From: Promethearchaeota archaeon Loki_b32
Lineage (GTDB): Archaea; Asgardarchaeota; Lokiarchaeia; Sigyniarchaeales; SOKP01
Reading direction: 5' to 3'
DNA: 24,000 bases
Assembly (NCBI GenBank): GCA_005223125.1
Contig: NJBH01000011.1
Coordinates: 77,055 to 101,054 of the forward strand
Part shown: positions 17,428-24,000 of the stretch, piece after piece
How positions within the stretch are numbered: position 1 is the first letter of the stretch
Layout: each line of letters begins with the position of its first letter
Notes under the pieces: model-generated
What the model was told of the DNA's origin: nothing
Database searches by the model: none
Seen by the model: the letters and a program-made list of their open reading frames with translations, nothing else
Program-made: the position numbers and the translations under genes

Positions 17428-18450
17428 GTGATAATTATGAATTTACCAGAATTAATTACAATTGGAAGTAATACCTTAGATATAATAATCGACATCGATG
17501 ACATATTACGCTTCGAGCTATTCGATAAAGATATAATAAAAAAATATACTGCAATTGAATACTCTCGTAAATTAAATGTAAAAAACGTCCGGTTTATTCC
17601 AGGAGGGTCGGGGGCTAATATAGCTGCAAATTGTTCTATGCTTGGTTTAAATAGTACATATATTGGAGTAATGGGGAATGATTTTTCGGCAGAAATTTGC
17701 TTAACTGACTTAAAGAAACGAGGTGTAGATCTCTCTCAAGTGATTCAAACTGATGCGGATACTACAGCATTATCAATAATTTTAAGGACACCTTGGGGAA
17801 AAGATCGTAGTATACTTGCTTATAAAGGTGCTAATAATTTATTAAAACCTTCAGACGTTAAAGAAGAACTATTTAATAATATTAGAGCGTTCGCATGGAC
17901 ATCCTTAACAACAGAGGATAGTTGTAAAGCTATAGAAAAAGCAATAACTCTTACAAAAAACAAGGGAGGTATGGTGTTTGCAGCACCTAGCATGTCAATT
18001 ATAAAAAATGCTCCAAATTGGGCAAAAATCTTGATTTCCAATTCTGATGTTGTTTCACTAAATTTAGAAGAAGCCCAAGAGTTTACAGGAGAAAGTAAAA
18101 AAACTCTTATGATTAAAATTTTCTTAGATATGGGAATAAAACTGATTTCTATCACTGATGGACCAAATGGATCAATTATTTCTGATGGTAAAACCATTAT
18201 CAATAGTGGAGTTTATAGCGCAGGTAAGGTCGAAGATACGACAGGCGCAGGTGATGCTTTCTTAACTGGAATCTTAATTTCTCGTCTTAACAATATTTCT
18301 CTTGAAAAAACTTCAAAGATAGCTACTGCTATGTCTTTCTTAGAAAGTAAAGAAATTGGAGTTCGTGAAGGATTACCCAATAGCATACAAGAACTTGAAG
18401 ATTTTGTAAGTAATTACACTATCAAACAAGTTATTTCGGAAATTGTATAA
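17428..18450 (+). CDS. PfkB/ribokinase-family sugar or nucleoside kinase (start likely at the Met near 17437)
   Basis: 'PGGSGANIAANCSMLGL' and 'DTTGAGDAFLTGIL' PfkB signatures. Confidence 0.92.
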   Translation: MIIMNLPELITIGSNTLDIIIDIDDILRFELFDKDIIKKYTAIEYSRKLNVKNVRFIPGGSGANIAANCSMLGLNSTYIGVMGNDFSAEICLTDLKKRGVDLSQVIQTDADTTALSIILRTPWGKDRSILAYKGANNLLKPSDVKEELFNNIRAFAWTSLTTEDSCKAIEKAITLTKNKGGMVFAAPSMSIIKNAPNWAKILISNSDVVSLNLEEAQEFTGESKKTLMIKIFLDMGIKLISITDGPNGSIISDGKTIINSGVYSAGKVEDTTGAGDAFLTGILISRLNNISLEKTSKIATAMSFLESKEIGVREGLPNSIQELEDFVSNYTIKQVISEIV

Positions 18451-18516
18451 ACAATTAGAATTTCTAAGAATCATTAAATTTTAATTTTTTAATATATTCT
18501 TATTATTATTAAAAAT

Positions 18517-18588
18517 GCGCTCTTAGTATAGTGGTTAGTATGCCAGGTTGCCAACCTGGCGACCCGGGTTCAATTCCCGGAGGGCGCA
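18517..18588 (+). tRNA. tRNA-Gly(GCC)
   Basis: GCGCTCT/AGGGCGC acceptor, D-arm TAGTATAGTGGTTAGTAT, anticodon arm CCAGG-TTGCCAA-CCTGG, T-arm CCGGG-TTCAATT-CCCGG, discriminator A. Confidence 0.96.
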
Positions 18589-18623
18589 TTTTAAACTATT
18601 AATCTAAAATTAAGGAGTCTAAT

Positions 18624-19640
18624 ATGAGTATAGATATATCAGATGGTATTGAAAGTGGTAATTTAACGATTAGAATTTTAACAACAAATACAGTTATTTC
18701 AACTTTATTGACCGATGAAAAATTTGAAGGAAAAATTATACAACCTCATACAAATGGAAGTAAATATTTAGCAGAACATGGACTTGCTATGAGTATAGAA
18801 ATAAAGCAAGGAGAAGAGATAAAAAAATATCTTTTGGATGCAGGAGGGCTTAAGAATTCTATAATAATGAACGTAGAAGCTATGGGCTTAGATTTCAAGG
18901 ATTATGACAAATTGATATTAAGTCATGGTCATGTTGATCATTATGGTGGTTTAATGAATGTCCTTCCTAAATTAAAGGAAGGATGTGAGATAATGTTGAC
19001 ACCCAGTTCCTATAATCAAAATATAATCTTAGTTCCAAAATCAGGTCAAGCATTTTATTCACCTGAAGTTTTAACAGAAAAATTCCGTGATTTACAAAAA
19101 GAAAACAAATTTCTTTTAAATATTAAATTGCCTTCAATGAACAAATCTATAATTGAAAACTTAGTCAATCAAAATAATCTTAAAATTATAGAGATAAATA
19201 AACCAATAAAACTAACATCAGGAATTACTACAAGTGGAGAAATTGAAATATTTGACGAAAAAGAACTTACCAAAGGTTTTTATCTAATGAAAAGTAGAAA
19301 AGAATTTGAAAAAAATACGTTTAGAGACGAAATATCAATCTATATTAATGTTAAGGATAAAGGACTTGTAGTAATTACAGGATGTGGACACACAGGGATA
19401 GTAAATACCATAAAACATGGGCAACAATTAACTGGGATTAACAAAATTTATGCTTTAATCGGCGGATTTCATAAGGAATGGGAAAAAACTGAAGATATTG
19501 AAGAATCAGTTCGTTTTATTGAAGGATTAAATCCAGAAATAACGTGTGGAATGCATTGCACTGGTTTTGAGTTTAATAAAATCATGTCGAGACATCCATC
19601 TCATACTTTTGGAATAGTTGGAACTGAGTTTCACTTATAA
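18624..19640 (+). CDS. MBL-fold metallo-hydrolase (MptE/dihydropterin phosphate-synthase-like subfamily)
   Basis: 'LILSHGHVDHYGGL', 'VVITGCGHTGIVN', 'LIGGFH', 'GMHCTGFE'. Confidence 0.87.
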   Translation: MSIDISDGIESGNLTIRILTTNTVISTLLTDEKFEGKIIQPHTNGSKYLAEHGLAMSIEIKQGEEIKKYLLDAGGLKNSIIMNVEAMGLDFKDYDKLILSHGHVDHYGGLMNVLPKLKEGCEIMLTPSSYNQNIILVPKSGQAFYSPEVLTEKFRDLQKENKFLLNIKLPSMNKSIIENLVNQNNLKIIEINKPIKLTSGITTSGEIEIFDEKELTKGFYLMKSRKEFEKNTFRDEISIYINVKDKGLVVITGCGHTGIVNTIKHGQQLTGINKIYALIGGFHKEWEKTEDIEESVRFIEGLNPEITCGMHCTGFEFNKIMSRHPSHTFGIVGTEFHL

Positions 19641-19782
19641 ATACATTTAATTTAATTAGATATATATTTGTTTAAAGAAATCAATTAAGTAAATTTAAAC
19701 TAAATAAATTTTGAGTGAAATAAATTCTGACAAGAGATATTTAAAAAGTATAAAAAAAAGCAACAAAATTCATTTTCAAATT

Positions 19783-20037
19783 TTATGTCCCTTTTTGGAT
19801 ATCAAAGCACCACATATTTTTACAATCTTTAGAACAAAAATTATGTATCGTTGTTGTTTGGCATATATTTATATGTTGCTTTAATCTTTTACCGCGTAAT
19901 TTTCTACCGCAATAATCACAATCATTATGATTTATGCTTAAGAAAGTTTTCAATACAGGTTGTTCCTCAGTTAAACCTTCAATAATTTCTTGATAGTTTA
20001 CTAAAGGCATTCTTGGATAATCATTATGAAATTTCAT
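19783..20037 (-). CDS. Small Cys-rich zinc-finger protein (84 aa)
   Basis: 'CDYCGRKLRGKRLKQHINIC' (C2HC-like) followed by 'FCSKDCKNMWC' (TRASH/MYM-like). Confidence 0.65.
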   Translation of the reverse strand: MKFHNDYPRMPLVNYQEIIEGLTEEQPVLKTFLSINHNDCDYCGRKLRGKRLKQHINICQTTTIHNFCSKDCKNMWCFDIQKGT

Positions 20038-20348
20038 TTTTAAAAATGAATTGAATTATGAATACAAGAGATAATAAGGAAATGTTCTATAAATATATTT
20101 GTTTATAAGGAAACATTTCCTTTTTCCTCACATCCATAAAAGTCCTATAGTGAATGCTGTATTTCCTTATTATTTAAATAATATTTAGAAATTGTTAAAA
20201 TAATAATCGAAAAAAATAGATTCTTTTTATGAGAGAAAAGAAGAACTAAAAAAGTTCAAATGATTAATGTTATATTCCGGAGATAATACCAACATAATAC
20301 CCCGAAATATATAACAACACGTGAAAGGTCTGTTTCACGAAAGTTTAA

Positions 20349-20612
20349 AAAATTGATCATGAATTTTTATATGATACTCTTCAGTATGTAAAAAACAGAA
20401 ACCTCGCTCTTAATGAATGTATAAGAGTTCTTAAGGGTGATGGTGTAATTGTAGTTATAGAATGGAACAAAAAGCAAATTGAAAAAGTGTACAAGAAATA
20501 TGGCTACAAAATTGAATTTATGGACCCTAGAGGTTATCTTAAAAGGAATGATATTTCATTTGATGTTTTAAAAGGAGATATAGTAAACATATACCTACTT
20601 TGGAAAAAATAG
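20349..20612 (+). pseudogene. Open-frame remnant resembling the C-terminus of a class I SAM-dependent methyltransferase, no N-terminus
   Basis: Frame reads KIDHEFLYDTLQYVKNRNLALNECIRVLKGDGVIVVIEWNKKQIEKVYKKYGYKIEFMDPRGYLKRNDISFDVLKGDIVNIYLLWKK*; no ATG near its start and an in-frame stop at 20346-20348. Confidence 0.5.
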
Positions 20613-20642
20613 CAGAATATATTTAGAAATATAGGTAATTTT

Positions 20643-21278
20643 TTAGGGATCTATATCTCTTAATTTATTGAAAAATTCATCGGGATCATCTATTCCCGAC
20701 CTTAATAGCACACATTCCTTATGTATATCAAGTTTTTTGCTATTTAATTCTAGATAATCCTTATCTAATTCATTTTCAAAACGTAACCAACACCCCAAAG
20801 CATCAGAATAATCTTGCCACCCTCCAAATACTAGTTTACTCAATATGTAATCTTCTTTTGAGGCGACCCAACACTCAATTCCGGCAAAATTAATTTTAAG
20901 CCTTCTCTTTAGACCTAGTGGTCCAATTTTTTTATAATTACTAAGGCTTTTTTGATCAATGATATAATTATCAAATTTAATAATTTGTTGCTTATCTAAA
21001 AATTGTAATAAATGGATATCCTTAGCAAGTTTTGCAGCTGAATCCCAGTCTTGTATAGGAAAAAATTCATTTTTTTTTAATATTGTTATATATGTATCTA
21101 AATTATGATTAACTGAATAAATATCAACAACGAAATCAATATCTTGAGTTGTTCTCGTTTCAGAATAAATGCTCACTAAAATTCCCCCAACTAAATAATA
21201 TTTAATACCAAATTCTCTCTCAATTTTTTCTAAAAAATTAACAATTTGAAAAAAAGCTTTTTCATATCGTATTTCCAT
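20643..21278 (-). CDS. Minimal nucleotidyltransferase-fold protein (AbiEii/MNT-like superfamily)
   Basis: 'YYLVGGILVSIYSETRTTQDIDFVVDI' = hG[GS]-x(n)-[DE]h[DE]h NTase signature; 'KEDYILSKLVFGG'. Confidence 0.75.
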   Translation of the reverse strand: MEIRYEKAFFQIVNFLEKIEREFGIKYYLVGGILVSIYSETRTTQDIDFVVDIYSVNHNLDTYITILKKNEFFPIQDWDSAAKLAKDIHLLQFLDKQQIIKFDNYIIDQKSLSNYKKIGPLGLKRRLKINFAGIECWVASKEDYILSKLVFGGWQDYSDALGCWLRFENELDKDYLELNSKKLDIHKECVLLRSGIDDPDEFFNKLRDIDP

Positions 21279-21281
21279 AAT

Positions 21282-21515
21282 TCATTTTCTCCTTTTCATT
21301 TTTTCATTGATTTTAAACATTTTGATAATGATATCTTTAATAGATTTATTCGGATATCTCTCCTTTTCTATATTAATGTAATTATTTAAATTAAAATTAC
21401 ATAGTTCAAAAAAAAGCGATATAGAAGCTTCAGTTGGTATTTTTTTCATCAATTCTATTCTTCCTTTAAAATTTCGTGCTATTTTTCTAAAATTTTTGTT
21501 TGAGTCAATTGTCAT
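21282..21515 (-). CDS. 77-aa basic protein upstream of the nucleotidyltransferase gene (possible partner)
   Basis: Separated by 3 nt from the NTase start, same strand; AGGAG-like site just upstream of the NTase ATG. Confidence 0.6.
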   Translation of the reverse strand: MTIDSNKNFRKIARNFKGRIELMKKIPTEASISLFFELCNFNLNNYINIEKERYPNKSIKDIIIKMFKINEKMKRRK

Positions 21516-21640
21516 TTATTCTTTCATCTAAGATTTTATCTTTATAATGTTGATTCCTTTAAATATAATAATAGGAAAAAGGTTTATTAATATTTTAGAA
21601 ACCTTTAGATTTTCATTATCCTTACTTGTTAATTTATATT

Positions 21641-22489
21641 TTAAAGGAATCCTAAAAGATTTGTTACTCCATCAATTTTAGGAACTTCTACTTTAAAATA
21701 ATAGCGAACAATATCAATTAAATAATTTAAATAGGGCCTTTGTATTTTTTCTTCATGTTTTTCAGAGACTAGATCAATAAGTATTTTGGAGGTTATCGGT
21801 TTTCCCTTTTGACTCTCAATAAATTCAGCTATAGTTTTAGAAAATTCAAAAATTTTATTTAACTCGTTTCTTAATATGATCAAACCAGCCATTAAATCAT
21901 ATTCGGCAAAAAATTTATGTACAATAGCTTGCTCCGTTTCTAATTTTTTTGGATTAATAAATTTATTTTTATCTCTTACAATTTCAAGCTTTTTAAAAAC
22001 AAGATGTTCTTTATATTGTCCCTTATTTATTTTATAGTCTTCTTCTGATATAATATCTATATCAAAATCGAATGATTTATCAAAAATATATCGAAAGAAA
22101 TTATTAATGTGATTATAAAGAAATTCCTCATCTAATATAATAACAATTTTCCTTCCTAAAAAAACGGCTCTAACAACATAAACCAGCAATACTTCAGGTA
22201 TATTTAATTTAATCAAATCAAATTTGATAGCATCTGTTTCAGGAGTAACAACTTCTTCAGCTTCCTCAGTGGGAATACTTTCTGGAAGCTCAATTTTAAA
22301 GTCTGCTACTAAACAATCCCTAACAATTAAATTTTTGTCTACATAAGCGATAAATGAATGTTCACATATCATTCCTGCTGCTATATTGATTGCTAAAAGT
22401 CCTTTTGCAACATTTTTGGTCGCATCATCTGCAACCTCGATGTATTCCCATTGTGAGCAAATTGGACAACGTATTTCGAGCCTTGCCAT
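21641..22489 (-). CDS. Hypothetical protein with an N-terminal zinc-ribbon-like motif (282 aa)
   Basis: 'MARLEIRCPICSQWEYIEV...GMICEHSFIAYVDKNLIVRD' followed by alpha/beta and helical regions. Confidence 0.6.
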   Translation of the reverse strand: MARLEIRCPICSQWEYIEVADDATKNVAKGLLAINIAAGMICEHSFIAYVDKNLIVRDCLVADFKIELPESIPTEEAEEVVTPETDAIKFDLIKLNIPEVLLVYVVRAVFLGRKIVIILDEEFLYNHINNFFRYIFDKSFDFDIDIISEEDYKINKGQYKEHLVFKKLEIVRDKNKFINPKKLETEQAIVHKFFAEYDLMAGLIILRNELNKIFEFSKTIAEFIESQKGKPITSKILIDLVSEKHEEKIQRPYLNYLIDIVRYYFKVEVPKIDGVTNLLGFL

Positions 22490-22617
22490 ATTATATCAAA
22501 AACAAATATCTTTGAAAATAATTTACACAATTGAATTTTAAATTTATATAATAAATGTTGCATTATTACTTAATAAATTTGCTCAATAATGATAGGTAGT
22601 TTAAATTAGAGCATTCC

Positions 22618-23097
22618 TTAAAATCTTTTAACTCGACCGTAATTTCTCTCTATTAAATTGGCAATAAGTAGACAAAAAGTCGCACTTAGGATCTCTGCAG
22701 CTAAAAATGCCATAGAATTATGTAAAAATAATGTAGAGATAAAGAATGTACTAAAGAAAAATATGTTAAAAACAATGAAAATTATTAATAAAGGCTTTGT
22801 TATTGGAAAATTTAAGAACCTTTTCAAGGTTGATCCTTTCGAGGTTTTTTTGCCAAATCTTCTTCTTAATCGTTCTCTTCTCTCGACTTGAGCATAACTT
22901 TCAAAGACAATAAGCGCAGCAAAGAAGATAGCCACCCAAACTCCAACTGGAATTAAAACTACTATAATATGATTTCCCATCGCCAAGAAGTATTGACCCA
23001 CAAATATAAAAAACAATTGGAACATTCCGCTCATCCCCAATAATAGTAAACCAATACCAAAGTACTCCTTAGATGTCCAGCGAATTCTTATCGGCAT
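22618..23097 (-). CDS. Multi-TM membrane protein (about 4 TM, 159 aa)
   Basis: Four hydrophobic stretches flanked by basic segments. Confidence 0.6.
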   Translation of the reverse strand: MPIRIRWTSKEYFGIGLLLLGMSGMFQLFFIFVGQYFLAMGNHIIVVLIPVGVWVAIFFAALIVFESYAQVERRERLRRRFGKKTSKGSTLKRFLNFPITKPLLIIFIVFNIFFFSTFFISTLFLHNSMAFLAAEILSATFCLLIANLIERNYGRVKRF

Positions 23098-23124
23098 AAT
23101 AATCTTATTTTAATTGTATTTTAG

Positions 23125-23227
23125 TGGGCCCGGCGCGATTTGAACGCACGACCTTCCGCACGTCAAGCGGACGTCATACCGAGTTTTCCGAAACTCAGAA
23201 AATGAGTTTCCTCTAGACCACGGGCCC
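23125..23227 (-). tRNA. tRNA-Val(GAC) with an apparent 31-nt insertion (candidate intron) in the D-loop
   Basis: Minus strand: GGGCCCG TG GTCTAGAGG[AAACTCATTTTCTGAGTTTCGGAAAACTCGG]TATGAC G TCCGC TTGACGT GCGGA AGGTC GTGCG TTCAAAT CGCGC CGGGCCC A. Acceptor, anticodon and T arms all pair. Confidence 0.85.
23179..23209 (-). other. Candidate noncanonical tRNA intron in the D-loop of tRNA-Val(GAC)
   Basis: Removing these 31 nt leaves a 72-nt canonical cloverleaf; exact splice junctions are not resolved. Confidence 0.6.
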
Positions 23228-23362
23228 AGTGTAATTTTGAAATTTAAAATCTATTTGTATTAATTTATGGTATTAAAAAATAAATATTTTATTAAAAATG
23301 TTAATTTCTACTATACTTTCGAATACTTAAGAATAAAATAAAAAAGTAAAAAGAATAATTAT

Positions 23363-24000
23363 TTAAGCTTTCTTTTCCCTTAAAGCTCTTATCATTGGTA
23401 AATCTTTTCCAGATAGAATTTCCAACATTGCACCACCTGCAGTTGAAATAAAGGAAACCTCATCTGCTTTTCCTGCCATTGAAGCTGCAGCTCCCATTTC
23501 ACCGCCACCTATTATTGTAAGTGCCTTATTTTTCTTGGTAGCGTTTACCATTGTGTTTACAATTTCATTTGTTGCTTTTCTAAAAACCTCCTTCTCAAAA
23601 ATTCCAGGTGGACCATTAGCAATAATGGTTTTACATTTCATCAGAACCTCGTTAAATTTATCTATAGTTTTTTCACCAATATCTCCAGTCGTTGTATTAT
23701 AAGTACCAGCTTCATCGATTCCAATGGTTTTTCTATTACCATTATCATCAATAATCAAATCTTCTGGGAGAATGATCTTATCTTTATATTTCTCATAAGT
23801 ACCTATTATCATATCTTTATTTACTTCTAAATCTTCAGCTATTATTTTATGATTTGGTTCTCCCATGTTTTTTCCTAGTGCTTCAAAGATTAAAATTGCT
23901 GTTAATCCTGAGCACAAAGCATAATCTAATTTTTCATTATCAAAATTAAATCTCATAGCTTTAAATTTATCTATTGCTTTTGCTCCTCCAATTAACATTG
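23363..24000 (-). CDS. pgk: Phosphoglycerate kinase, C-terminal part (N-terminus beyond the window)
   Basis: 'DIGEKTIDKFNEVLMKCKTIIANGPPGIFE', 'LTIIGGGEMGAAASMAGKADEVSFISTAGGAMLEILSGKDLPMIRAL'. Confidence 0.93.
   Translation of the reverse strand, partial: MLIGGAKAIDKFKAMRFNFDNEKLDYALCSGLTAILIFEALGKNMGEPNHKIIAEDLEVNKDMIIGTYEKYKDKIILPEDLIIDDNGNRKTIGIDEAGTYNTTTGDIGEKTIDKFNEVLMKCKTIIANGPPGIFEKEVFRKATNEIVNTMVNATKKNKALTIIGGGEMGAAASMAGKADEVSFISTAGGAMLEILSGKDLPMIRALREKKA

Noticed and set aside
17820-18203. 127-aa ORF antisense to the PfkB kinase
   Set aside because: Shadow ORF; composition mirrors the sense frame, no independent motif.
18517-18640. tRNA-Gly as an integration site for an island to its right
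   Set aside because: I found no duplicated tRNA 3'-end segment downstream in this window and no integrase; the adjacent MBL gene looks ordinary.
22658-22891. 77-aa + strand ORF opposite the TM protein
   Set aside because: Lies entirely antisense within 22618-23097, whose minus-strand product has coherent TM segments; most likely spurious.
1-24000. CRISPR array, IS element or integrase
   Set aside because: No regularly spaced repeats and no transposase/recombinase catalytic motifs seen in any listed frame; the cassette at 11.7-15.7 kb therefore has no visible mobility gene of its own.

Overview
AT-rich archaeal window with a strongly Asgard (Lokiarchaeota-like) gene set. The core is a eukaryotic-like ESCRT locus: an ESCRT-II Vps22/EAP30 protein (+), a Vps25-like protein with a long coiled-coil N-terminus (-), a Vps4/CDC48-type MIT-AAA ATPase (-), and, displaced by about 4.1 kb, an ESCRT-III Snf7/CHMP protein (+) followed by a Rab-like small GTPase. 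The segment separating Vps4 from Snf7 is bracketed by a previously unlabelled 78-bp direct repeat (about 91% identical; 11629-11706 and 15738-15815, spacing 4109 bp). It carries a leucine-rich-repeat protein, a radical-SAM-like three-Cys protein, a TcmP-like (three-Cys-motif partner) protein and a 68-aa orphan. This looks like an accessory cassette inserted into, or duplicated around, the divergent ESCRT promoter region. Other content: NDP-sugar nucleotidyltransferase, HD-domain phosphohydrolase, CYTH protein, NSUN/RsmB-type RNA m5C methyltransferase, wHTH regulator, a multi-TM protein with a longin-like C-terminal domain, NIP7-like PUA protein, PfkB kinase, tRNA-Gly(GCC), MBL-fold hydrolase, zinc-finger protein, a small-ORF/minimal-nucleotidyltransferase pair, tRNA-Val(GAC) with an apparent 31-nt insertion in the D-loop, and the C-terminal part of phosphoglycerate kinase. 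All family assignments come from motif reading by eye; no database search was run.
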